A DNA stretch of 32,032 nucleotides, from NCBI GenBank assembly GCA_964035545.1, contig CAXIUT010000199.1, positions 1 through 32,032 of the forward strand. Reading direction: 5' to 3'. Origin of the DNA: Bugula neritina. Taxonomy: Eukaryota > Animalia > Bryozoa. Positions within the stretch are counted from its first letter, which is position 1, and each line of letters starts with the position of its first letter. Below are positions 11,246 through 24,301 of the stretch, piece by piece. The notes below the pieces were generated by a model that was not told the origin of the DNA, did no database searches, and was given only the letters and a program-made list of their open reading frames with translations. A program made the position numbers and the translations under genes.

Positions 11246-14200
11246 ATGAGACCTATTCGACATCTTCTCAAAATTATCGAAATAAAAAGGGGAAAAACAC
11301 TATTTTAGGACAAAACAAAGTAGATTATAAACGAGAAATGTCCCAGATTAGAACATTTCTATACTTTTCTTATGGACACATATCAATCAAAGACAAAAAT
11401 ATAAGTCTTAGGTTTCGAATCAAAAGTTAAAAGTTAACTAGATAACATAAAATATCCAGATAAACCAAGTGTGAGTCTTACATGTGGAAAATAAGATAAA
11501 AATGGATGTAAGATAATATCTATATAGTCTATTTTTGCGATGATTGTGGTCTTTCAGAAGGCAGCTGCTTTTGTCCTGACTGTTTTGAAGAAGATAAGCA
11601 TAAAGGTCATATGTTTTCTTTTATTAATCAATAAGGAGGATATTGTGATTGTGGAAATATGCATCTCCTTAAGAAAGAAGGATTCTGTAAAAATCACACC
11701 TAGAATAAGCAATAAATAATCCCCAAAGAATAGCTAACCCAGTATCAATATTAAATGGCATTTTTAATGTCAATTGGAACCCTTTTATTACTTGAAAATC
11801 CTAAAGATACGAAATAAACATCAATAATATTGAAATCTATTCTCAGTTATTTGATATAACTAAGTCAAAATTCATTATACTATCAGACTATTCTTGTTTA
11901 AGCTTTGTTGACTAATATGAAAGGAATATTTAAAAGAAAATAAGGATCAATTATTCGAACATTTCTTTTGAATAAATGGCCTGAATAAATCAATAAAAAG
12001 ATAACATAAATATTGCTTATTTTACTTCATAAATAGAAATTAAAAATGTAGGCTTTACCTACAGTATTCGAGTTGATATCAACTAGAGGTTAAATATTGA
12101 AATAAAATTTCAATATGGTCTAAGATTATATGTATCAAACAACAACACATAAATAAAAAATATAAGAAATAATATTCGCTCACTATCATCATCTTGTTAT
12201 ACATGAGTAGCCAGTGTAGAGTACATCATCTACTTTGCTTGAGTAATTTTATAATCATATTTATATACTTTAGCCTAATTTATTTATGTAGATGATGATG
12301 CTTATTTTTAAAACTTTTTCATTGAAGAAATGGGCGAATATTATCAATTTGAAGTAGGATTTAGTAGTAGATTCATAGTTTTTACATGAAGTGCTATTTA
12401 ATTTATTTAAAATGTTCTATCAACAACCATAGATTTAGGGTTTGGTAAAGTAGTGTCTTGTGAAACTGATTAAAGAATCTTTTGAAATGTTGATCAGTAA
12501 AAAGAAAGAGTAATAATTTTAGAAGATTATTCTTATTATTTTTACTTTCAGTGTAAATACTTATATAAATTTATATGATGAAAATATAGAAACAATAAAA
12601 ATATAGGAGTTAATACTTCTTTTCATTTCCTAAGAACATGATATTAAAAAAGTAACAAAAGTTCTAAAATAGGCTTTGATGTATAAAATATCTGAGTACT
12701 CCTTTTAAAAAGATGAAAATATATTTTGTTACTAAACTATGATCAATATTTCCCTAGATTATTTATCTTTCAAATATTTACTTCTCATTTATCAGCGTTT
12801 AAACAAAATAGTAAATAATAATCAAAATAGTCTAATCTAAGAAAATTTGAATAAAATATCATCATTGCTTAAAGTTAAAGATTGGAGTAAAAAGAATTCA
12901 TCAAATAGTGTGTATGTCCAGGCATAGTTGAGTCTTTTATCTAAGAATATAAATCTTTTGAAAAATGTTATCTTTATAACAGAATCATAGATTCCAGAAC
13001 TATTAATATCTATACTGTTAAATAAATAAAACATAAAATAAAAAACCTTTTAATTTTTAAGATAATTAGCTACTTTATGCAAAAAGATGAGTAAAGTAGA
13101 ATTTAAAGATATTGTTTCTAATTGGATATCAGCTTAAAATTTGTATTTGAAATAATTTATTATGAACTAATATTAAACAATTCGAAAGGAATAAAATAGC
13201 TAGCATTATATTAAAAGTAATTTGAGTTGGAGTTCTGTTTTTTGTCATTATTAATCAAATTAATAAAAATATTTAAGATTCAAATCAAAAAAGATTAATA
13301 ATATGATAAATCTTAATAAAAAATAGTTTCAACCATTTAACATCAAAGTTATCAAGCAAACGATTCAGATATATAAGGAACTTATCATGAATGATCGATT
13401 TTTATCAAATTAAAAACTAAAATAAAAATATTCTTCGATAGTAAACAGTTATTTCTAATTTTTAATACTGTCTGACCTTTAAATGAACTGTTTATAGGTA
13501 AAGATGGAATTATAACTTTTAGTGAATCATAAAACTATGAAGAAGATAATATCTAAATAGAATTAACTTCTTATAAAATGGTATGAAAAAGCTGATCAAT
13601 TGAATTCTTTAAATAAAAATAAATTCGAAGGAAATGATAAAATAAAAGTTGCAAAATCAAAATAGAAAAGAGATAAGATCTTACAACATTTGAAGCAAAA
13701 GCAAAATAAAGTGATTAGTCAGATGGATTTAAATCAAACTCAAACATAAAATAAAACAGAAAAATTATGTATTATATGTAAATGTTCATAATAAAAGAAG
13801 CCTTTATATTATCTTTGTCAAGTAAATTAAAGTAATCTTTTGATGAAAAGTATGTTAAAAACAAATAAAAGTATACTACTTTTTACTACGTGTGGTCATC
13901 TGATTCATTAAACTTGTTTAACTTAAAATCTAAAAGCTTCATAGAAATATGGAGATAAATATCATTGTTTTCTATGTAGAAAACTTTCTAATTTGAGAAT
14001 TCCTTTAAGTTATGATAAAATTAATAAAAGCTATACTAAATAATTTTATTATGAAATACTGACTATTCTTTCTCTTGATAAAAAATAAAAAAAGAGATAT
14101 TTGTTATAAGCATTGCAATTAAAAGATTCAAAAAATATTCTTCCTTAGATAGATAATAAGGTAATAAAAATTGAATAGTTTTATAAAAAGATTTATGAGT

Positions 14201-14985
14201 CGATAGTTTATCAGATTTATTTATATTTTACAGCAAATTCTCAATTATTTGTTAATTATATGATGCCTATTATTCCTTTTATGATTAAATTTATCAAATA
14301 GGAATATCTTAAGAACTCTAATATGTTTGTTCTTCGATAAGGATTAGTCACTAATAAAATCATCAAAAAAATATAAAATCATATCAGCTGTATTTTTTCA
14401 GATAAAGAATAAAAAATTATCCAAAAAGTTGAAGATAATATAAAGAATCAAAATCCTTAAAATTTAGACGAAAATTAATAAAAAATAATTGAAGAAATAG
14501 ACAAACTATTTATGAACTTGATCGGTCGATAGGTTTAAATGAAGAAGCTAAAAGATCTTTCTAGATTTGATATATTTAAGCCTCCTTAAGATCTGGGTGA
14601 TTTAAAGCGAATGTGTAGAAAATGTCCTTTTTGTAGTAAGCTAACTGATTCAATAGTTCTTTGTTTTTTCTGTAATGTATATTCTTGTTGTGATTGTTCT
14701 AAAGAATGGAATGTTCATCTTCATAAATCTCATTAGGGTAAGTTAGTTAGCATACTTGTTCGAGATGGTTGTTATTATTACTAATCTAATAATTTGAAGA
14801 CTCCATTTAGAAGTCTATATCGAAATTATGTCGGCTAGATTTATGAAGATATTGATTACTTTAATCGTTTTGTAAAGAAAGGATAATATCTTTTGGATAT
14901 TTTTGAGTATTAAAAAATAATGGAGGATATAGTTCTTTAAAATATACAGTCGAAATGTTAGAAATAGAATGCTAGTAGATGGTGA
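11246..14985 (+). CDS. UBR-box / RING E3 ubiquitin ligase (UBR1-3-like N-recognin)
   Basis: UBR box YFCDDCGLSEGSCFCPDCFEEDKHKGH...GGYCDCG; RING-like CIICK...TCGHLIH(E)TC...CFLCRK at about 13768-13983; C-terminal Cys cluster. 20-nt intron at 11508-11527. Start and stop frames are consistent with a single ORF. Confidence 0.88.
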
Positions 14986-15063
14986 TTAAATATTTCATAT
15001 CTATCAATAAATCATATTTAATTTTATATCATAAATAAGATAATATTTAATGTCTAATGTTGA

Positions 15064-16875
15064 TCATTCAAGTTTCGATCTTAGCTTCCAAAGGAAGAAT
15101 AGGCTGAGAAATCTGAACGCTATGGCAAGGACAATTAACAAATATATACTTAGCCATAGATCTGTGTTCAAATTAAGGCTATCAAAGTTTGTTTTATCTG
15201 TAGCAAATTATGTTTCATTCTCAAGCCAAGCTGAAAAAGCATATTTCAGAGGTGATAGATATTCAAGCCAACCTATCCAAATTGGAACATTTGCTCGATT
15301 TTTCATGTAGCCAGAGAAAATGATAAAAGGTACTATAAAGGCATTCGCTAGTGTTGAAACTGCATTTGCATCTGGGACTATACTACCTAGCATTAATCCT
15401 AAGGATGTTCCATTGACAAATATCAAATAAGCTACAAGGTAGAAGATGAAAAATTGTTTGACAGTTGCTGAAAGGTCAACAAACCAGTATATAATGAGAG
15501 TTTCTACTAGAGGAAATATGACTGAAAAAGGAATTTCTATGATACTTCTACTTAAAAAGTATGTGAAAGTACTGTATAATTTTGATGATTCTTCCTTTGC
15601 AAAGACATCACGCTAACTTGGAAACACTAGTGCAACTGGAACTAATCCAAACATCATTGTATTGGTAGCATTGAAGATGAAAAATCCAGTTAGAGCTCTC
15701 CAATTTAAATCATCAGCATAATTACCACTGAATTGATAGAAAAGGCCTCCCATGTAAAGAGATAAGAAGATAATTTGTATAAATCTTCCCCATATTATCA
15801 TTGGATTTCGAATAACGGTTAATAAGTCACGATGTAATAATGTTTTAAGAGAAGTTCCAAAAGGTATTGTGATCTATCTTTTGACAATAGATGTCTTATT
15901 TTCATTATTTAGGGAGTTTTCAATAGAAGGATAATTATATTTTTGATAATTTTATAAATATCGAGAATATCTTTATACATTTTCTGGATCTTAGTGATGC
16001 ATTATTTGCATAAAATAATCAGCTGGATTCTCGAATTCTTTGCAAGTTAAGCCAAAATGAAAGGAAAAGTAATCAACAGCTTTTACAGCTGGTCCTTGAT
16101 AAATTAGATGACCTTCAACCATCAACATTATTTTATCGAATTATTCATAGATATCAGCATTAGGTTGATGGATAGTCATAAAGATAGTTTTTCCTTACTT
16201 GGAAGCTAGTTTTTTAAGATATTTAACAATGATAAAGGAAGTAAGTGAATCTAAACCTGAAGTTGGCTCGTCAAGGACAAGGACTGCTGGATCGCTGATA
16301 AGTTAAAAGGCAATCGATGTTCTTTTCTTTTATCCACCAGAAATTGATTTTATAATTCCTCCCCCTACAAGAGTATCAAGACAATTTTATAATTTGAACT
16401 CTTTAGATAGTCTATTAATTTTAGCTTTCTTTTCTTCTTCATCAAACGCATTCAGTTTAAGATCAGCGGCAAATTAAAGTGTTTCTCTGACAGTCAGAGT
16501 CTGTATAAGGACATCCTGTTGCATCACATAGTTAGCAAAATATCCAAATTAATTGTATGTAAAAGGTTTGCCATTAGCAGTGAGGGTACCTGTAAAATTA
16601 TTTTAAGGCACTCTACATGCAAGCACATTGAGAAGAGTAGTTTTTCCTGCTCCTGAAGCTCCCATAATAGCAGTCAATTCTCCAGCTTTGAAGATGCCTG
16701 AAACATTCTTAAGGATTTATTTTTCTCGATAATTCTTAAAGCATAGTGTTGAAGATGGTTATTCCTTATTTTAAACTTAAACACTATAAGTGATATTTCT
16801 AAAGGCAATATCAATTCCTTTACTTTTTTCAGACAGAGAATCTGTCCTCATGGTCTTCTCAGTTTAGTTCATCAT
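15064..16875 (-). CDS. ABCG (White-type) half transporter #2
   Basis: 1812 nt, 604 codons including the stop. [13 protein letters not shown](E)[20 protein letters not shown] and a membrane domain. Close paralog of 4163-5979 in inverted orientation. Confidence 0.96.
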
Positions 16876-17234
16876 CTCTTTACAATCAATAAATATAATC
16901 GTTTATCAGAAAAGCTAAAAATAAATATAATTTTATAATTCTAGCATTGTAAAATAAGCTTGGATAGGTTATAAATATTATAGAATTAATTTTCAAATCA
17001 ATTTCAATTATTTTAATTGATTTTACTCTATAAAAGATAAACTTAATAAATAGGAAATACTTATTTTCTCTTTCTAATACTGGTTTTTGGATGTCCTTAC
17101 TATCATCAATTAATAATGATTTAATCATAGTTAGCAAACAGTGATATTATTAAAAAAGTCATCTTATGCAACAATTTCTGATCTCTTTAATATTTAAAGT
17201 TTATTTCAATCCTATTATATATCACTATTTGTTC

Positions 17235-17945
17235 ATGACAGAACTAGATTAGTCCAAATAAGCTATATCCAATGATCTTATTGATCTAGATTAATTCATC
17301 CAGAAGTCTCCTCTATTCCACAGTGATCGCTCACAATGGAGAAATCAAGTCTTAACTAGAATCAGAAAAATAAAAAAATAAATCATGTATCTTGAAGAAG
17401 GTATTAAAGATCTATCTGATTCACAATCTTATAGTTATGGAGGATCTATTAAATCTTTTAAAAAATCTGTTTAAAAATTTGAGTATTAGTGTGATAAAAG
17501 AGATCGAGGGAATTCTTTTTCAGGAAATCAAAAGACTCCTATCATTCAAACCAATGAATAAAAGAGATAAAATGCAAGACAACAGGTCTTTAACAGAGGA
17601 GATCAAGCTCTTGATGCAGCTAAAGAGGCTACTACCGATATGAAAAGAATAAATGAGAAAGCAATTGAAATGTCAGCCAACATAAACCTTGAATTAAATG
17701 CTCAGATAGAACAATTAGACAGAATGAAAGCTATAACTAATGATACTGAATCAACTTTGAAAAAGGCTAAGAGAAATATAACTTATTTTACCAAGGCTCT
17801 TTAATGTGATAAATGTATGGTAGGACTTTTAGCTTTGATTCTGTTGTGTTTGGTAGCTGTAATAGTTTTGGCAATAAAGAAAAGCAACCAAGGTGATGAT
17901 GGAGGTGATAGTGGCGATAGTGGAGATAATGGAGATAGCGGATGA
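17235..17945 (+). CDS. Qb-SNARE, NPSN (novel plant SNARE)-like
   Basis: Open 237-codon frame with SNARE heptads around ELNAQIEQLDRM, then CDKC (compare the NPSN TDKC motif), a transmembrane helix and a short Gly/Asp luminal tail. Confidence 0.75.
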
Positions 17946-17993
17946 TCATTCTATTAATTAGTTAAATATAAAATGGTATTAAATACAATTAAA

Positions 17994-19176
17994 TCATGAG
18001 GTTGGGGTTGGGGTTGGGGTTGGGGTTGGGGTTGGGGTTGGGGGTTGGGGTTGGGGTTGGGGTTGGGGTTGGGGTTGGGGTTGGGGTTGGGCTTTATTCT
18101 TCAATAATTTTTCTGAGAAGCTGACTTTGAACACAATTTGAAAAAGAATCAAATGATTTTCGACCATATCTCATTATTTTTGAAGAATTATCTGTCTTTT
18201 ACTTAGAATTACTTCTATCTTTTCTGGGTTAATACTTATTATCTGGAACTTGAAGAAAATTACTTGTATTCAGACTTACTCTTTTGACTTTGCTTCTTTC
18301 TTAAACATTTTTTATTATGATATTTGGCTCCATAACTATTGTCTTATTTCTTCTAAAAAGATTTTTCAGTTTGGAGTAATTAGGCTATTATCCAACTTTT
18401 AGTTCGCATATATACTCAAAAGCATTACGAAATGACATGGGCATTTCAGCAAAAAGGGTACTTTTATATTTCATTTTTAACAGTTTTATTTTTTAAAGTT
18501 TTTTGTTTTCAGGAATAGATAGTTTACTCCAAGGAAGTCTTCCATAAAAGAGATAAGCTAAGTTATAAAATAATGATTAAAGGTCATCCTTTTTATTTTG
18601 TTCAAGCATATTATGAGCCTGAATACTAGCATAACGAGGAGTTCCAACAAATCCTTTAAAGACTTAACGTTTCTTTTTCTTTGACAGTTAAAAAGCTAAT
18701 CCAAAATCAATCAGATATAGCTTTCCCTACTTATTTTTCATCCAATTATGAGGTTTAAGGTCTTGATGTATAATGTTTTAAGAGTGAATTCCTTCCATGG
18801 CCTTTAACATTTAGATAGCTAATTAAGATATTTCAGAAGAAGAGTACTCCTTTTTTTTGTTGAGATCCTCTTCAAGTAGCTCCATTTCTAAAAAATATCC
18901 ATTTTACCATTATCCAGAGTGATAAATGGTCGGAATACCAGGTTTTCCTTGAAGTTTTTTCAAGAACTATATCTAACACTTAAGAGCTTTTTTCTCTTTT
19001 GATTTTGAAATTTTCTCAACTTTAAGAGCAAGAAGTGCTCCATTCTTTTTGCTGATCACTTTTAAAATTTGACCAAAGCATCCCTCTCCGATGACATCAA
19101 TTATTTTATACCTAGAAGCAAGAAAAGGGTCTTATTTAAATTTATAAAGTACTTCAAGATACTTTTTGTTCTACAT
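17994..19176 (-). CDS. Casein kinase 1-like Ser/Thr kinase
   Basis: IGEGCFG, ALKVE, LKC(E)I, MELL, HQDLKPHN, LIDFGLA, FVGTPRYASIQAH, KKDDL(E)S, LPW. No stop before the internal telomeric tract. TCA-TGA at 17994-17999 is in register with the (CCA ACC) reading if the single extra G is ignored. Confidence 0.9.
18000..18091. repeat. Internal telomeric tract (GGGGTT), about 15 units
   Basis: G4T2 repeats with one 5-G unit, in the same orientation as the right telomere. Confidence 0.97.
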
Positions 19177-19794
19177 TTCCAGAATAAGAAGAAAAAAATA
19201 TTAGAATAACAATTATAATTAATATAATCGACTATTCTTCTTTTGAAATGATAATAGATAAAGTCACAAAGTATAATTTTTTAATTTAACTACGATTTAA
19301 GAACATTAAATAATTGTTTTTTTGATTTTCTCTCATTTAAAGAGTAAAATTGAATTTTAGAATATTTTGATTATTATTTAGTCATATTAATTAACAAAGT
19401 ATGAAACAAGGAAATTAATTTTACTTTATAATTGATAAAATCATATTAAAAATCATTAATTTTTTTTACAAAAATTTTTCGATTAAAACCTTAATAATCA
19501 CAACAATATTAAGAAATTTCTCGTAAATAATTTAAATCTATCAAGAAATAATCTATTTTATTGTTTCTTATCAATCTAAATACATATTTTTCAAAGAATT
19601 CCATTTATTGAATCGAAATTTTCATAGCTTGTCAAAGGTACATTCCTTCTCTTCAACAAAGTGGTGAATTGTTCTCTCACTTCTGAAGAAATATCGCAGT
19701 CTTTCCTGATACTTTATAAATAGTTTCATTTTTTGATACTGTTTAAAGCTCTGTTTTATCAACTTCTTTTCATCATTTAAATTTTGAGTATAAC

Positions 19795-21964
19795 ATGGCT
19801 GAAAAATAGTGCGTTAAAGTAGCAGTCCGCTGCAGACCAATGTCGACTAATGAAGAAAAAAAGAACTTTGATTCAATAGTCGATGTTTGTCCATAGAAAG
19901 GAGAAATCGTAGTACATAACAAAAAGGATAGTGGATAAAAAGAAAGAGTTTTTAGTTTTGATATGACCTTCTAACCAGGTTGTCACCAAGAAAGTATTTT
20001 CAAGCAAGCTGCTCTTCCCATTATTGAGAGTGTTCTTGAAGGTTATAATGGAACTATCTTCGCATATGGTCAGACAGGTACAGGAAAAACTCACACAATG
20101 GAGGGTGTGAAACATGATGAACAGCTGAAAGGAATCATTCCTCGTACATTCTAACGCATAATAAACGCAATCAATGGTACAGTTTCATTTTATTATAGGA
20201 ACTCCTGGGGTACAATTTCTTGTTAAAGTGTCTATGCTTGAACTTTACAACTAGTAGATCGTTGATCTCTTTGCAAAACACGGAAATAAACTCCAAATTC
20301 ATGAAGATAAAGATAAAGGAATCTATGTTAAAGATCTCAGTGCTGAAATGGTGACTACTGTTTAGGAAATGAACAAAAAGCTAAAAGAAGGAGGATAAAA
20401 TAGACATACAGGATCAACTTAGATGAACTAAAAATCATCACGATCACATTGTATTTTTATGATTCGAGTTGAACAAGAATAAATGGTTTAAGGTTAATCT
20501 AAAGTAAGAGCAGGAAAATTAAATTTAGTTGATTTGGCAGGATCTTAAAGACAGAAAAAAACTCAAGCAACTGGAAGTCGTTCGAAAGAAGGCATTCATA
20601 TCAACATGGCTCTTTCTACTCTTGGTCAAGTTATTAAGGCTCTTGTATCAGCAAATGTTTCTCATATTCCTTATAGAGATTCAAAACTTACGAGACTTTT
20701 ACAGGAATCACTTGGAGGAAATGCAAAAACAGTGATGATTGCTAATGTTGGACCAGCAGATTATAATTATGATTAAACAATGAGTACTCTTAGATATGCA
20801 TCTTAAGCTAAAAAAATTAAAAATAAACCTAAAATCAATGAAGATCCTAAAGATGCCATGATTAGAGAATATCAAGATTAAATTGAGAAACTAAAGAGAA
20901 TGTTGGATGGAAAAATGCCAATAGAAGGAGTTATAGTTGAAAAGAAAGTCAGGAAAAAACCCAAAGATATTGCTTCAAGATTAGCTAAATAATCATAAAA
21001 AATAGAGAAACAAAAAATGTAATTATTAGGAAAAGATGAAGAAGCTAAAATGGAATTGTTAAGGAAAAAAGAAGAAGCTGATAAGCAAAGAGAAGAAGAA
21101 AAGTTAAAGCAAGAAGAACTAGCACTTAAGTTAAAAGAAATGAAAGAAAAGTTGATGCATGGAAATAAATTAAAAGAAGAAGCAAGATTACATTAAAAGA
21201 CTTTATTTGATACTCAGCAAGAACTTTAAGAAAGAAAGCAACATGAACGTAGACTGAAGGAACAACTAGAACAAAAGATAATTGATATTGATCTTATTGA
21301 AGATAAAAATACTGGTTTACAAGATCAAGTTTAACATAGACGAAAGCAACTAGCAAAAGTTAACAATAAACTCAAAGCTGCATATGAAGCCAATAATGAT
21401 ATTCAAGAGTTCATGGTTCAATAAAGAGAATAACTTTAAGAGTAAAACAGGTCAATTGTGAGAGAACTCAAACTGGTTAACATGATCATCGAACATTTTG
21501 TACCTATCCATGAGGTAGCTGCCATTCAGCATCGTCTTGAGTTCGATTAAAGCTTCGATGACTGGGTCATTGTTTAAAGAAATAAAGCTCCTAAACCTAA
21601 TCCAGGTTCAGCTCTTGGTTTTAAGTTTCCTCTTTGCAGTGAAGGTCGCTTTGCTATTGCTTGTGGAGATGATAACCCAAGGTTTAGGCAAGACAATATT
21701 CTCCAGATGGATCTTGATCAGGTTCCTTCAACCATTGAAGATTTTAGATATGAAATATCTCCAACAATTATGGAAAACTTGAGTGTTGTGCTGAATGATA
21801 ATGAAGAATAACAAAGAATTATCGCCAAAGAAGAAAGACCTAACGTTTATATCGATGACCCTGAGAGAATGAATAAATAATAAGTTATGAAGCAACGTGA
21901 GAGTACAACAAGAGCTCGTTCAGCTAAGAACATGAGACCAGCGAGTGGCAAGAAAAAGCGGTGA
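19795..21964 (+). CDS. Kinesin-2 family motor (KIF3/FLA10-like)
   Basis: (E)[43 protein letters not shown](E)[24 protein letters not shown], kinesin-2-type neck [19 protein letters not shown], coiled coil, RPAS tail. 22-nt intron at 20177-20198. Confidence 0.95.
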
Positions 21965-22033
21965 TAATGAACCAATCTATAATTATATTATGAATTATTT
22001 TAAAAAGAATAATTATATTCAAAGTTATATCAA

Positions 22034-23445
22034 TCATTCCACCTTTCTTTTTATTTTTTAAAACCATTTTTTACATCTTTTATTATAAGAAAAAACACAT
22101 TTGAAAGTAATTAATAGAATTAAAAAAAGCCCTATAAACATGAAGTAAATTATGGTAATAGTGTTTTTTTATTCATAATGTTTTATAACTGAGAAAGCAC
22201 AAACCAAATTTATTGATAGTAATCCTAGTAAAAGTCCCAAATTTGTTAATAGGTAAATAAAGATCGACAAAAGATAGTAACAAATGATGTTAAAACATGA
22301 AAAAAATTAACTTCTAAATGGTTTAAAATTTTCTTTCTTTTCTTCTGATTATTTTTTTCTTTTATTTTAGATTTTATTTTCAAAATATTCTTCAAATACT
22401 TTAAAATCATTTAATGATTGTTTTAGATTTTTATTTTAAAGATTTTTCAACTATAATTGTTTTGCTTTACTGTGAACTACCTTAATACTCAAATAAATGG
22501 TTTCGAGTTGATCAAGATTATACTTATCTGAAATCAAGGGAGAACAAATATTTGATTTTTTCATACGCTATGAAAACTAAATTATTTCTTTTAAGCTCAT
22601 ATCATGAAAACAAATATTTTTTTAAAATTATTAAAATTACCTATCTCTTGAAGGCTATCTATCTATTGGGTTTTATAGAATTACTTCATCATGATCAATA
22701 GGTGGTAATTAAAACATTGGTTATAATTTTAGATTTACATTCTCTTTTAGATTTTATTCAGTCTTAGTATTTTCTTTGAGTTGATTTATTGTCTATTCTC
22801 CCTTCATTAATAAGTTGTAATTAATTTATAAAAGGTTATTGGAAATCACCAACATCTATTTTTCTTAATTTTTCGTTTGTCAACTATCCCATAGTAAGTT
22901 GTTGGAGTTTCAATTTCTTTCTTTTTTTTATAATCTTCTGCCTATGAATCTTCTTATTCCACTGAATCATCTCTGTTATCATATGATATTTTCTCAAACA
23001 CTTTTTTTTTACCTTTGTTCACTTTATAGGCTATTCCTTAGTATCTCATAACTTGTTTAATTGCTTAGTTTATTTTAATTTTAGAACCTTCTGATATGGA
23101 TTGATTTTTGATCAAATAAAATGAGGCATTGACTCTATATTGGGCTAAAAGAAATTAAAAATGTAACCTTTCTAATGTTTCTAAATCTTTTATTTTAGCT
23201 TAAATTTATTTGTCATTAAAAGATGGAAGTTGTTAGATAAGTTAGCTTGGGATCAATCTTTATCCACGATATATAATATCTCTAAGAAGGTTTTAAAGTT
23301 TTTTTCTCAGTTTACTTATCCTAGATCTAAAAACTAATACTTTGTAAGGAGAAGAGCAACCCATAACGACAGATAGTTCTTAAATAATATTAATAGGAGA
23401 GCTTATAAATATATCCATAATAAAAATATCAATATCAATATTCAT
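22034..23445 (-). CDS. Hypothetical membrane protein (hydrophobic N-terminus, charged middle, two C-terminal TM helices); possibly a pseudogene
   Basis: Long open frames under TAR=Glu and a 20-nt GT-AG intron at 23321-23340. C-terminus IICYYLLSIFIYLLTNLGLLLGLLSINLVCAFSVI...IIYFMFIGLFLILLITF...KVE-TGA. Needs 1-nt indels near 23442 and 22860. Confidence 0.55.
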
Positions 23446-23476
23446 CTCAAAAAACTTAAGTTATTAACAAAACACA

Positions 23477-23730
23477 AATTGTTGAAGAAAAAAGAGAAAC
23501 TGATGAGCAAAGAGAAGAAGAAAAGTTAAACAACAAGAGCTTGTTCAGCTAAGAACATGAGACCAGCTAGTGGCAAGAAAAAGCGGTGATAATAGACCAA
23601 TCTATAATCATATTATGAACTATTTAAAAGAATAATTTTATTCAAAGCTATATCAATCATTCCACTTTTCTTTTTATTCTTTAAAACCATTTTTTTACAA
23701 GTTTTATTCTAAGAAAAAAACATTTTGAAA
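23477..23730 (+). repeat. Diverged direct duplicate of the kinesin 3' region and intergenic segment, with an internal deletion
   Basis: 23477-23530 matches 21054-21108 and 23531-23730 matches 21906-22106. Confidence 0.9.
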
Positions 23731-24301
23731 AATAAAATTTTATTTATCTTATATTATAGATTTTAAATATTTATTGGAAATCATAAGCATATCTTTTCTT
23801 AATTATTGTTTTTGAATTAATCTAATTTTTGGTGAAGAGGTTCCATATTTTTAATAACAAATAAGGAAGAGAAAAATCGAATTTAAGTAAAATCTATTTC
23901 AAAAGGATAAAAATATAAGTTGATTTATGATAGATTTTTCGTAAAAATATTTAAATGAAAATATTGATATCACATCAGATGAAATTGAAACATATTATTT
24001 AGAATTTAGTTTTTTAATTTTATAGTTCAATAATTGTTTGTCTAATTATCAATAATAATTCTTCTTTAAAGCTTTCTAAGTAAAAATTTATCCAAAACAA
24101 ATAAATAAAAATCCAATAATTATGAACTACAACTAAACAATATATTTTATAAAAATCATAAATATATCTATTCGTGAAAACATTTCTCCATTTAAATGAA
24201 AAATACCACTAAAGTTATTGCTTTTAAGGAAACTTGATCTTTTAAAACTTATTCTAAAATGGTCTTATAATATAGAATTCAAATCAGTTGGAATATTATC
24301 A

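Noticed and set aside
20252-20257. Split code with TAA and TAG encoding different amino acids
   Set aside because: TAG occupies conserved Glu sites in kinesin, CK1 and ABCG, just as TAA does.
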